From a virus (taxonomy: Duplodnaviria; Caudoviricetes), in IMG/VR virus record IMGVR_UViG_3300044657_000837, positions 1-33,670 of that record: 33,670 bases of DNA; one strand, 5' to 3'. The first letter of the stretch is position 1, and every line of letters begins with the position of its first letter. The notes under the pieces were generated by a model. That model had not been told where the DNA came from and ran no database searches. It was given only the letters and a program-made list of their open reading frames with translations. Of this stretch, positions 1 through 9,374 are shown one piece after another. The translations under genes were made by a program, and so were the position numbers.

Positions 1-40
1 CCGCTAGGGTATAAGCGTTTTTTATAGGTAGAATAAAAAC

Positions 41-628
41 GTGTATGAGTCGCAGTCAGCGTTCGCGCGCCGGATCGGAGTAAGCGCCGTCACGATTGGC
101 AAAGCCGTGAAATCCGGCCGTCTCATCCTTTCCGACGGCAAATTGCACATAGCAGACAGTTTGCGCCGCTGGGAATCCACCAAACCGGGCACCAGACCGG
201 ACGTAGCCGCACGCCACGCCTCGAACAGGGCCGCGGCTATGCCTTCTCAGCCTGCCGCCACGAAAACGCCGCAGAACGCGATTACAGACGTTTCAGATCC
301 AGACGAAGACGACGGACCTGGCATCGCCCACTATCGGAAGGTCGAACTGATAGCCGCAATCAACACGGCCAAGCTGGAAATTGCACTGAGGACTGGCGAG
401 CGCTTCCCGGTAGCGGACATAGGCAGCCATGCAGGCGCACTCGGGGCAACTCTGCGCGCGTCCCTCGAGCGCCTTGTCGACACGACGGCAGCCCGCCTGA
501 CGCTCGCCAACACGAACGCCGCCAGGGTCGAGCTGATCAAGGCGGAAACGACGAGCATCCGCCGGCTGATGACGAAACAGTTTGTCCGCTCGATTCGGGC
601 ACTGAGAGAAAGCGCAAAGACGAAATGA
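41..628 (+). CDS. terS: Terminase small subunit (lambda Nu1-like)
   Basis: N-terminal winged-HTH-like SQSAFARRIGVSAVTIGKAVKSGRL, an acidic linker and a C-terminal helical oligomerisation-type region; first gene of the packaging module. GTG start. Confidence 0.75.
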   Translation: MYESQSAFARRIGVSAVTIGKAVKSGRLILSDGKLHIADSLRRWESTKPGTRPDVAARHASNRAAAMPSQPAATKTPQNAITDVSDPDEDDGPGIAHYRKVELIAAINTAKLEIALRTGERFPVADIGSHAGALGATLRASLERLVDTTAARLTLANTNAARVELIKAETTSIRRLMTKQFVRSIRALRESAKTK

Positions 629-1371
629 TTACCGTCAAAATCGAAGGCATGGCAGCCCTGCAAGCCAGCCTTGGCAAGCAGGCAAGCCAGATTCCTTTCG
701 CCGCCGCGCGCGCACTCACCGTCACCGCTCACTCTGTGCACACCGACATCAAACGCGCACTCGCTGCCGGCGTGAAAGGAGGCGCTACGCCCTACACGCT
801 GCGGTCGTTTTCCGTCAAGGCAGCCACCAAAGCGACGTTGACAGCAGAGGTCGGGCTACGGACTGACGCGCCTCCGGGTGGGCCAGCCTATGACAAGTCG
901 CTTGAACACCTTTTTCACGGGGGATCGCGGCGATTCAAGCGGCTTGAGGGATGGCTGAAAATCCGTGGATTGATGCCAACATCGATGCAGCTTGCGCCAG
1001 GAGCGCGCGCCCCTCTTGATAGCCGCGGGAACCTGCGCGAACCGGCAAGAAAGATGCTCATGGATACGCTTGCATCAGAGCGCAGGAACTTTCAGACAAT
1101 GGGCCGCGTCGGACGGTCGAAAGCGCTTAAAGCCATCGGCTTCTTCGTCGTGCTCCCGGGCTCGATCGCCGCCAAGCATATCTCGCTCGGCATCTATCGC
1201 AGGATCACATCCGGATCTGGAAGCGCCATCGAGCCGTGGTTCCACTTCTCGGCGCCCGGTACGTATCAGCGACAATACGACCTTGATGCCATCGGATCGC
1301 GAACAGTGGCCCGCGTCTGGCCGGCGAACTTTGAGGCGTCGCTGGCCAAAGCACTCGCGACTGCACGGTGA
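625..1371 (+). CDS. Conserved phage morphogenesis protein (tail-completion gpZ/HK97-gp10-like)
   Basis: Basic protein starting MITVKIEGMAALQASL..QIPFAAARALT..A, typical of neck/tail-completion-like proteins; ATGA overlap with terS. Confidence 0.55.
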   Translation: MITVKIEGMAALQASLGKQASQIPFAAARALTVTAHSVHTDIKRALAAGVKGGATPYTLRSFSVKAATKATLTAEVGLRTDAPPGGPAYDKSLEHLFHGGSRRFKRLEGWLKIRGLMPTSMQLAPGARAPLDSRGNLREPARKMLMDTLASERRNFQTMGRVGRSKALKAIGFFVVLPGSIAAKHISLGIYRRITSGSGSAIEPWFHFSAPGTYQRQYDLDAIGSRTVARVWPANFEASLAKALATAR

Positions 1372-1381
1372 TCGAAGGAGC

Positions 1382-3535
1382 ATGACGCAACCACCGACGA
1401 TCACCGAACTACAGACCGAACGCGCTCGCCTCAAAGCGACCGAGGCGCAACGCAAATTCGGTGAAGCGCTCGCACAAACGCGCCGCGCCGAAGACCTGCA
1501 CGCTGTATCGGCCGCTGTTCGCCGGCTGATCACCGATGCGCTTGACGACCTCCCTGCCTGTTTTGCCGCACTGATCGCCGGCGAGACAGAAGAAACCCGC
1601 GTCCATTACCTGCTGTCGGAAGCCGCGCATCAGTTGCTGGCCACAATCGCCGCGAAGGCATCCGCTACCACGACCGCGCTACCAGAATTCGGCGCCAAGT
1701 TTGCCCGAGGAGCCAAGCCGCGCGACTTGCTGACTGTTTCGCAGTTCGCCGACCGGCACCGCTGGATTTCTGCCGGCACGAACGCTCCCGGGCAGTGGCG
1801 AACGTCGCTCACACCGTACCTGCGCGACATCATGGACGATCTGTCCGAGCATTCGCCAGTGCGTACCGTCGTCTTCTGCAAATCTGCAGGGGTGGGCGGC
1901 ACAGAGGCGATGTTTTGCTGGATTCAGTACGTGATGCAGCATCTCGGCAACCGCGACTTGCTGCAAGTCGTGCCGTCGCTCGAACTGCGAGACCGATCCT
2001 TCAACCCGCGGCTGTCGAAGCTGATCGACGAAAACGCGGGCTTGAAGGAACTCGTCACTCGCGCGTCGCGCAATGCCGCCAACCGAGCCGACATACTCGA
2101 ATACGGCGCCAACTGCCGGCTGATCAAAGCCGGCGCCAACTCGGCCGACAGCCTGCGCTCCGACCACCTGCCATACGTGATCTGCGACGAGGTCGACGCG
2201 TACAAATGGGACGTCGGCGGCGAGGGCGATCCAATGACGCTGATCGAAAACCGGCAGCGCACGTTCTCTCGGGCGAAGACCTTTCTGATTTCCACCCCGA
2301 CGAATGAAGGCGAAAGCCGCATCTATCAGGCGTATCTGCGTTCAGACCGCCGCCGCTATCACGTCCCCTGCCCGCACTGTGGCAAGCATCAGCCGCTTGT
2401 CTGGTCGCCGGAAACAATGCGTTACCGGATTGAGATTGTCGACCACTCAGACGGCAAGGCAACAGACGCAGCGACAGAGCAAAAAGTGGTTGTCGATGCC
2501 TGGTACGTCTGCGCCGACTGCGGGGCAGAAATCCGCGAAGGCAGCAAGCCGGCTATGCTCGCCGCCGGCCGATGGATTGCTCAACGGCCGCATGTCAAGG
2601 CAACCCGCGGCTATCACATCAATGCGCTGTACTCGCCTGTCGGGCTCGGTCTCACATGGCTGCAAATCTGCCAGAAATGGGTGGACGCTCAACAGGACTC
2701 GTCCGCCTTAAAGGCTTTTGTCAATACCTACTTGGGCGAAGTCTGGCGAGAGGAAGGCGACGGCGCAGACGCAAACACGCTGCAGACTCGCGTGGAACAG
2801 TGGGATGCAGAGGAAATCCGCATCAAGGTCCGCCCGCTGCGCGTGGTGGCAGGCGTCGACGTGCAGAAGGACCGTCTTGAGGCAACTGTCGCAGGATTCA
2901 GCGCCGGCGAGGAGTGCTGGGTGCTTGATCACCTAATCATCCCCGGCGACACCACCGCCGCTGATACGTGGGAAGACCTGCACGCAGCGCTATCGGATGC
3001 CGGCGTGACGCGGGCAGCCATCGACAGCGGCTACAACACCTCGTTCGCCGTCGCTTTCTGCGACAAATACCCGTGGGCGACAGCGACAAAAGGCATATCA
3101 GGCCGCGGCCGGACGCTGATTGATGACGACCTCAAGCGCCGGCAACGCCTTCGACGCAAACGCAAGCGCGGGCAGCCGGTCGAGCCGATTGGCGTCGATC
3201 AGGGCAAATCCATCATCTACGCCCGCCTCAAGCTTCCGAAGCCAGGGCCGGGCTATTTCCACTTCCCTGCTGACAATGTTTTCGATGATGAATACTTCCT
3301 GCAGCTCGCCGCCGAAGAACTGCGCACGAAAGTCAGGAACGGCCGCCCGTTTGCAGAATGGGTACAGATCAGGCCTCGAAATGAGGCTCTGGACTGCCTG
3401 CTGCTCTGCCTCGTCGCTCACCGTCTCGCCGGCGAACTGCCCGCAGCGAAGCCGGCAAACGCCAAGGTGCCAGAGCAGCCGCGCAGAGCCCCCGCAGCCG
3501 CCGCAAGAAAGCCCGTCGTCATGGTAGGATGGTAA
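1382..3535 (+). CDS. terL: Terminase large subunit, lambda GpA family, with N-terminal extension
   Basis: GQWRTSLTPYLRDIMD adenine-binding region, Walker A-like KSAGVGGTE, Walker B VICDEVD, ISTPT, CPHC/CADC zinc motif, nuclease AGVDVQKDR and RNEALDC. Start placed at ATG 1382 (GAAGGAG RBS) rather than 992. Confidence 0.95.
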   Translation: MTQPPTITELQTERARLKATEAQRKFGEALAQTRRAEDLHAVSAAVRRLITDALDDLPACFAALIAGETEETRVHYLLSEAAHQLLATIAAKASATTTALPEFGAKFARGAKPRDLLTVSQFADRHRWISAGTNAPGQWRTSLTPYLRDIMDDLSEHSPVRTVVFCKSAGVGGTEAMFCWIQYVMQHLGNRDLLQVVPSLELRDRSFNPRLSKLIDENAGLKELVTRASRNAANRADILEYGANCRLIKAGANSADSLRSDHLPYVICDEVDAYKWDVGGEGDPMTLIENRQRTFSRAKTFLISTPTNEGESRIYQAYLRSDRRRYHVPCPHCGKHQPLVWSPETMRYRIEIVDHSDGKATDAATEQKVVVDAWYVCADCGAEIREGSKPAMLAAGRWIAQRPHVKATRGYHINALYSPVGLGLTWLQICQKWVDAQQDSSALKAFVNTYLGEVWREEGDGADANTLQTRVEQWDAEEIRIKVRPLRVVAGVDVQKDRLEATVAGFSAGEECWVLDHLIIPGDTTAADTWEDLHAALSDAGVTRAAIDSGYNTSFAVAFCDKYPWATATKGISGRGRTLIDDDLKRRQRLRRKRKRGQPVEPIGVDQGKSIIYARLKLPKPGPGYFHFPADNVFDDEYFLQLAAEELRTKVRNGRPFAEWVQIRPRNEALDCLLLCLVAHRLAGELPAAKPANAKVPEQPRRAPAAAARKPVVMVGW

Positions 3536-3538
3536 GCA

Positions 3539-3802
3539 ATGCGCGCCCCGTCTGATTTCCTGAGCTTCGCGCTCGACATGGTCGCCGCAGAAATGGGCAT
3601 AGATCGGCAATCCCTCTCCCCGCTGGAACGCAAAATCAGGCAGCAGCAAGGCGGCGACCGGCATTACATTGGCAGCACCGCCGCGCTCGATTGCATGGCC
3701 CGGCATGACGCCATCCGCCAGGCGCTCGCCTCTGGCGCGTCCGTCCCGGCCGTGGCTGAGCGCTTCGGACTGTCGAGGCAGGCCGTCTACCGGATTCTCT
3801 GA
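3539..3802 (+). CDS. Mor/C-family HTH transcription activator (putative late activator)
   Basis: GGDRHYI motif, then RHDAIRQAL..G.SV..VAERFGLSRQAVYRIL, the pattern of phage Mu Mor/C proteins. Confidence 0.8.
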   Translation: MRAPSDFLSFALDMVAAEMGIDRQSLSPLERKIRQQQGGDRHYIGSTAALDCMARHDAIRQALASGASVPAVAERFGLSRQAVYRIL

Positions 3803-3808
3803 TTCACC

Positions 3809-3858
3809 GTCAACCACGCCGCCTTAACGAGTTGACGAAGGCCGCGTAAAACCGCGGC
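3809..3858 (+). promoter_or_regulatory. Putative activator-dependent late promoter 1
   Basis: GTCAAC-N16-GTTGAC dyad containing GCCTTAACnA, then 10 nt, then TAAAAC; same architecture at 7326-7369. Confidence 0.65.
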
Positions 3859-4389
3859 ATGGCTCATCCCGTACCGACTGCCGTACCCGCCAGCCTGCGT
3901 GCTGGCGACACTGCCACATGGCTGCGCTCGCTGGCCGACTATCCGGCTTCCGACGGATGGGTGCTTTCCTACGTCCTCGTAAAAGCCGGGACGCAGATTG
4001 CCATCACCGCAGCGGCATCAGGCGCCGATCACCTGATTGAAGTCGATGCAGCCACCACGGCCGGATGGTCTGCTGGCACCTATTCATGGCAGGAGCGCGC
4101 TACTCTCGCCGGCAAGGTCTACACGACGAACACCGGGACGCTCGCCATCGTCGCGAGCTTCGCCGCTGCTGTCGGCGGGCTCGACGCTCGCACGCACGCA
4201 GAAAAAACGCTCTCCGCGCTCGAAGCCTGGATCGAAAACCATGATCCGGCCGTCGCCAGCTACCAGATTGGCGACCGGCAAATGCAGTACATCTCAATCC
4301 CTGACCTGCTCAAGCTGCGCGACACCTATCGCCGCGAAGTGCGCGCGACCTCCGCGCCGAAGTCCGGACGCGTCTACATGAGGTTTTGA
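3859..4389 (+). CDS. Head-completion/head-tail joining protein (gpW-like C-terminus)
   Basis: Lies between terL and portal; C-terminal VASYQIGDRQMQYISIPDLLKLRDTYRREV is gpW-like. Confidence 0.75.
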   Translation: MAHPVPTAVPASLRAGDTATWLRSLADYPASDGWVLSYVLVKAGTQIAITAAASGADHLIEVDAATTAGWSAGTYSWQERATLAGKVYTTNTGTLAIVASFAAAVGGLDARTHAEKTLSALEAWIENHDPAVASYQIGDRQMQYISIPDLLKLRDTYRREVRATSAPKSGRVYMRF

Positions 4390-5882
4390 TGGCCAACAGA
4401 TTCGCCTCCGCGCTTCGCCGTCTGTTTCGCAGAAAGCCGGCCGCAGACAATCATCAGCGAGCATTCGCCGCCGCCAAGCTGAACCGGCTGACCGCAAGCT
4501 GGCGCCTCACCGCTGAAACGATCGATGACGAGATCCGCAACGACCTGGATGCCCTTCGCCATCGATCGCGCACGCTTGAGGGCGATAACGACTTTGCGCG
4601 CCGCTATCTCGATCTGGTCGAAACCAACATCATCGGAGAAGCCGCCCCGCGCCTCGTGTCGCTGGTCGACAACGCTCCCGGCAACCCGGACACCGGCGCC
4701 CGCGCTGCGATCGTCCGCGCCTGGGCCGAATGGGGCCGGACCGGAACCTGCGAAGTTTCCGGCCAGTACTCGTGGACAGGGCTTTGCCAGGCCATCGTGC
4801 GCGCTACGGCCCGCGATGGCGAAGCGCTGGTCTACCGCCGCTACGGCCGCGCCGCCGGCAACAGATTCGGCTACTCGCTCCAGTTGCTCGACGTCGACCG
4901 CCTCGCCACATGGAAAAACCAACCCGCCGACAGCACCAAGAATGCCATCGTCGCCGGCGTCGAAGTCGACAGCATGGGCCGGCCGCTCGCGTACCACTTC
5001 AACACCGGGCAGCGCTCGACCGCCAATGACCGCGCAACCGACCGGATCGGCGCCGATGCCGTTTTGCATCGATTCGTCCTGCAGCGCCCGGAGCAGCGCC
5101 GCGGCATTCCGTGGTGCCATGCCGCCATGCTCAGCATGTACTACGCCGGCGAGTTCGCCTTGTCGGCATTGCTGGCAGCCAAACAAGGCGCCGACACCCT
5201 CGGCTTTTTTGTGTCACCGGACGGCACCCCGCCACCGATCGGCGAAGAGGCATCAGACGAAGCCGGCGCCCGCGTTGCCACCAGTGCGCCCGGAACATGG
5301 GAAACAATCCCGGTCGGCTACGATATCCGCTCGATCGATTCCAAATACCCGAACGAAGTTTTTGCTCCTTTCCTGAAATCCGCCTATCAGCGCATGGCCA
5401 GCGGGCTGCCAGGATCAAGCTACCCGGAACTGTGCAACGACTACGAAGCGGTCAACTTCTCGTCCATCCGCGCCGCCGTGCTATCGGGCCGTGACGAATG
5501 GCGAAAGCGTCAGCAGTGGTTTGCCACCGCATGGCTTGAACCCGTCTTTGCCGACTGGCTGAAAATGTCCCTTGCATCAGGCGCGATCCTGCTCGACAAC
5601 GGCAGCCGGTTGCCGATCGAGAAGGGCGACAAGTTCGCGCCGCACCTCTGGCAGTTCCGCGGCTGGGCCTGGGTTGATCCTCTCAAGGACATGCAAGCCG
5701 CCCGCGAAGCGCTTGACCTCCGCATTACATCACGCACACGCCTTGCCAGCGAAGCCGGTCGCGACATCGAAGAGATTTTTGACGAGCAGCAGACGGAAAT
5801 TGCCCTGGCTGCGAAATACGGCATTGATCTGACACAACCGCAGGCGCCAGCCGCCATCACTGAATCGAAGGACCAGCCATGA
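4386..5882 (+). CDS. Portal protein, lambda gpB family
   Basis: LRHRSRTLEGDNDFARRY, RPEQRRGIPW, DYEAVNFSSIRA and GWAWVDPLKD motifs; start may be ATG 4389. Confidence 0.95.
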   Translation: MMANRFASALRRLFRRKPAADNHQRAFAAAKLNRLTASWRLTAETIDDEIRNDLDALRHRSRTLEGDNDFARRYLDLVETNIIGEAAPRLVSLVDNAPGNPDTGARAAIVRAWAEWGRTGTCEVSGQYSWTGLCQAIVRATARDGEALVYRRYGRAAGNRFGYSLQLLDVDRLATWKNQPADSTKNAIVAGVEVDSMGRPLAYHFNTGQRSTANDRATDRIGADAVLHRFVLQRPEQRRGIPWCHAAMLSMYYAGEFALSALLAAKQGADTLGFFVSPDGTPPPIGEEASDEAGARVATSAPGTWETIPVGYDIRSIDSKYPNEVFAPFLKSAYQRMASGLPGSSYPELCNDYEAVNFSSIRAAVLSGRDEWRKRQQWFATAWLEPVFADWLKMSLASGAILLDNGSRLPIEKGDKFAPHLWQFRGWAWVDPLKDMQAAREALDLRITSRTRLASEAGRDIEEIFDEQQTEIALAAKYGIDLTQPQAPAAITESKDQP

Positions 5883-7312
5883 CCCAAACAGTAACCATCA
5901 CTCAGCCCGTGCGCGTCTCCGGCAGCGTCCTTGCGGCCGGAACGACTCAGACACTTGCGCGCGACATTGCCGCCGACCTTGTGGCGCGAGGGTGCGCAAC
6001 GCCTGTCGGAGTCCCGGCCTGGCAGTCAACGGCGCTTTTAGTCTCAGCTCAATCAAATCCGATTAGCGGAATTGTGCAAATTCCAGCGTTATATGATGCT
6101 GGGTTTACAAGAGGCATAGAAACTTTATCAAAAATCGGGGTTCGTGTTGGGCTGATAGGCGACTCGATTACTTTCACCAACCTGTCTAGCGGAGTTGCCA
6201 ATACGTTGTCTTATTATGACAATGGATATTTTGGATGGGCTCTAGCATTTCTTGGTATTCATGCCAACGCAGTTTATAACGGTGGGGTTGGGGGAGAAGA
6301 GACCAATCAATTTTCAGATCAGCTTGACGCGGCAATTGCCGCTGGAAGCGAAGTAATATTTTATCTAGGCGGAACCAACAATGACGACTCCGTCGACATG
6401 ATACGACTTGCGTTTGCTGATTACCAGAGCGCATACCAAGCGTGCCGAAGTAAAGGCGTGTTCTTTTTTGCGCTTACGCCAACTCCAAACAACATCGATA
6501 CAGCCGAAAAGGCTTTAAGATATAGATCTCTGGCATCAATGATTATGGCATCGTTCGCCAACAAGCCAGACTCACACGCTGCCGATACACAAGCATCGGT
6601 CTATGACTTCTCAGCAAACAATTGGAAAAATAATTATTCTTATGACGGCGTTCACCCAGGCAGCTTAGGGGCCTATTACATGGGGAAGGCGATCTATAAT
6701 GCTACCGTCGCCAGAATGCCAAAACCAAAAAATCCAATCCTGGCATCCTCGAATGACGATTTTGTAGCAACAGATGCCGGGGCCAATCAGATTCTAGCCA
6801 ACCCAATGCTGACTGGGACTAGTGGCGCTAAAAGCACTGGATGCTCCGGTAATGTTGCGTCATCATGGTCCGCCGTATGCACTGGAGGGTGTACAGCTGT
6901 TTTTTCCAAAACAACGGACGCAGATGGTTTGGGCGAGGTGCAAACTATTGTGGCTACTGCGTCTGCCGCTGGCACTGTGCTATTTTATCAAGCCGTCGCG
7001 CCCGGGAAACTCAAGGCAGGAAAATCCATTGTTGGCGCATGTGAGATAGAAATAGAGTCCGGCCCGACAGGAATGGACAATATTAAACTTGAAGTTTTCC
7101 ACGACGCATCGCAAAAAACTAATTGGGGAAACAAAACGGGAAATACAACAGTTGTTTTTGATGATGGGTTTACGATAACTCCAGAAACAAGGCCTGATGC
7201 CTATGTCTTATCCGGAACAAATGGATCTGGCCAGTATACAATAACACTCGGTTTCAAAACTGCAGGCGAGGTTACTGCGAACATACGGTATCCATCACTA
7301 AGAAATGGATAG
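5879..7312 (+). CDS. SGNH/GDSL hydrolase-domain virion-associated protein with beta-rich C-terminal domain
   Basis: Block I IGDSIT, block II NGGVGG, block III GGTNND, block V DGVHP; GC clearly lower than the flanks from ~6030 on. Confidence 0.85.
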   Translation: MTQTVTITQPVRVSGSVLAAGTTQTLARDIAADLVARGCATPVGVPAWQSTALLVSAQSNPISGIVQIPALYDAGFTRGIETLSKIGVRVGLIGDSITFTNLSSGVANTLSYYDNGYFGWALAFLGIHANAVYNGGVGGEETNQFSDQLDAAIAAGSEVIFYLGGTNNDDSVDMIRLAFADYQSAYQACRSKGVFFFALTPTPNNIDTAEKALRYRSLASMIMASFANKPDSHAADTQASVYDFSANNWKNNYSYDGVHPGSLGAYYMGKAIYNATVARMPKPKNPILASSNDDFVATDAGANQILANPMLTGTSGAKSTGCSGNVASSWSAVCTGGCTAVFSKTTDADGLGEVQTIVATASAAGTVLFYQAVAPGKLKAGKSIVGACEIEIESGPTGMDNIKLEVFHDASQKTNWGNKTGNTTVVFDDGFTITPETRPDAYVLSGTNGSGQYTITLGFKTAGEVTANIRYPSLRNG

Positions 7313-7325
7313 AATTTACTGGAAA

Positions 7326-7376
7326 GCCAACAGCTTTGCCTTAACCAGTTGACATCAACCACGTAAAAAGCGAGTC
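7326..7376 (+). promoter_or_regulatory. Putative activator-dependent late promoter 2 (upstream of capsid gene)
   Basis: GCCAAC-N16-GTTGAC with GCCTTAACCA, 10 nt, TAAAAA; followed by GGAGG RBS and ATG 7391. Confidence 0.65.
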
Positions 7377-7390
7377 ATGGAGGAATCCTC

Positions 7391-9370
7391 ATGACTCGCT
7401 TTTTTGTTACCCGTCAGATCCCGTTTTCCCGCGCGCCTGCGCCTGAGCACGCGCCCGATGCCGGCGCCGACCAGTCCGACCTCGTTCTGTCGATGTCGTT
7501 CGCCAGCGATACGCCTTACGAACGCTGGTGGGGAATCGAAATTCTCGATTGCCAGCCCGAATCCGTCCGCCTTGACCGTCTGAACGACGGCGCCGCAGTC
7601 CTCTACAACCACAACTGGGACGACCTCAGAGGGCACCACGTGCCCGGCTCTGCTGTTGCCGATGGCAAGACGGTACGCGGCGAAGTGGCCATCTCGTGGG
7701 CTGCAGACAACGGCCGCACCATCGCCCTGATCAACGGCAACCATTTGACGAAAGCATCGGTTGGCTACGAAGTCCACAAGGTGATCGAGCAGACCACCGG
7801 CAAATCCGGAGAACCCATTTCAAGAACCCTCGACGGCCGGGCATTCGGCCGGGTGCTCGAACGCTGTCAACGCGAGAGCCCCGGTGATCTGGCCGCGTTT
7901 CGGCGCGCGCTCGACGGCGCCGCCGGCCCCCTGGAACGTGCAGCGGACGCTCCGGCTACCTATCGCGTCATCGATTGGGAAGTCCTGGAAAACTCGCTCG
8001 TCACCGTCCCGGCGGATGCCTCCGTGGGAGTCGGCCGAATGGCCGAACTTCCACACGTCGCACCAGAAATCCCCAAAACCGAACCCACCCAGCCAGAAAT
8101 GAAGGAGCACCACACCATGGAAACGACCACGCCAGACGTTGCCGCCATCGAGCGTGCAGCCGCCGACAAGTCCCTGCAGCGCATCAAGGCGATTGAAGCC
8201 GTCGCGAAGCAGTTTGAGCACTTCCAGCTCGGCGAGATGCCTCAGCAGGCCATCCGCAACGGCATCAGCTCCGAGGATTTCGCGAAGCAAGTGATGGATC
8301 ACATCGCCGCGCGTGGCGCCCAGCAGTGGCAGCCCGCCATCGGCATGACCGGCCAGGAAACCAAGCAATACAGCATCATCAAGGCCATTCGCGCCATGCT
8401 TTCCGGAGACTGGAGCAATGCCGGCCTGGAGCGCGCTGCATCGATTGCATTCGCCGACAAGGCAGCCGCGGCTGGCCTGCAACGCCAGAGCGAAAACAGC
8501 TTCTTTTTGCCGTTTGAAGTCCAGAAGCGGGATCTGACCGTTGGCACCGCCACCGCCGGCGGAAACATGGTCGCGACCACGCTGCGCCCGCAGGATTTCA
8601 TCGAAATGCTGCAGAACCGCACGCTGCTCAAGGAGCTTGGCGCCCGTACCCTCTCCGGCCTGGTGGGCAATGCCGACATCACCAAGCAGACCGGCGCCGC
8701 TACCGCTTACTGGCTGGCCAACGAGGCGACGTCGATCACCGAGAGTCAGCAGACTGTCGGCATCCTGCAGCTTCGCCCGAAAGTCTGCGGTGCCTACACC
8801 GAGATCAGCCGCCTGCTGCTGCAGCAAAGCACGCCCGACGCCGATATGTTTGTGATGGAAGACCTCGCCCGGGTGCTGGCAATCGCGCTCGACGCGGCCG
8901 GCATCAATACGGGCGGCGGTGGCGCTCCTGTCGGTATTCTCGGCACGGCATCGATTGGCGCATTCACCGGCGCATCGCTGGACTATGCCGCGCTGCTGAA
9001 CGCACAAACAGACGTTGCTTCGGCCAACGCCTTGACAACGTCCTGTGCGTACCTGACCACGCCGGCCGTCGCTGCACTGCTCGCGGCTCGCAACAAGGCG
9101 GCATCGACCTATAGCCCGCTGTGGGACGGCAACATCCTGGACGGCAACGTTTGCGGGTTCCGCGGCAAAACGACCATGCAGATGCCGGCGGCGACCGCGA
9201 TCTTCGGCGACTTCTCGCAGGTGATTTTTGCTGAATGGGGCGCAATCGAGATTGCCGCGAACCCCTACGCGAACTTTGTTCAGGGCATCACCGGTATCCG
9301 CGCTTTCATGACAGCCGATGTCGGCGTGCGTATCGCCGGCGCCTTCTCCGCGGCTTCGTCCATCACCTAA
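7391..9370 (+). CDS. Prohead protease - major capsid protein fusion (HK97 fold)
   Basis: N-terminal HK97-type protease (LYNHN, ASVGYEV, ENSLVTVPADASVGVGR); C-terminal capsid (RDLTVGTATAGGNMV, FGDFSQV, DVGVR). Confidence 0.93.
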   Translation: MTRFFVTRQIPFSRAPAPEHAPDAGADQSDLVLSMSFASDTPYERWWGIEILDCQPESVRLDRLNDGAAVLYNHNWDDLRGHHVPGSAVADGKTVRGEVAISWAADNGRTIALINGNHLTKASVGYEVHKVIEQTTGKSGEPISRTLDGRAFGRVLERCQRESPGDLAAFRRALDGAAGPLERAADAPATYRVIDWEVLENSLVTVPADASVGVGRMAELPHVAPEIPKTEPTQPEMKEHHTMETTTPDVAAIERAAADKSLQRIKAIEAVAKQFEHFQLGEMPQQAIRNGISSEDFAKQVMDHIAARGAQQWQPAIGMTGQETKQYSIIKAIRAMLSGDWSNAGLERAASIAFADKAAAAGLQRQSENSFFLPFEVQKRDLTVGTATAGGNMVATTLRPQDFIEMLQNRTLLKELGARTLSGLVGNADITKQTGAATAYWLANEATSITESQQTVGILQLRPKVCGAYTEISRLLLQQSTPDADMFVMEDLARVLAIALDAAGINTGGGGAPVGILGTASIGAFTGASLDYAALLNAQTDVASANALTTSCAYLTTPAVAALLAARNKAASTYSPLWDGNILDGNVCGFRGKTTMQMPAATAIFGDFSQVIFAEWGAIEIAANPYANFVQGITGIRAFMTADVGVRIAGAFSAASSIT

Positions 9371-9374
9371 GCAT

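Noticed and set aside
1-40. cos site at the left end
   Set aside because: AT-rich with a weak inverted repeat and plausibly near cos given the GpA terminase, but no cohesive-end sequence can be identified from this window.
992-1381. Longer TerL start (847 aa) from the ORF track
   Set aside because: Overlaps ORF 625-1371 by ~380 nt and reads like off-frame sequence; a strong SD precedes ATG 1382.
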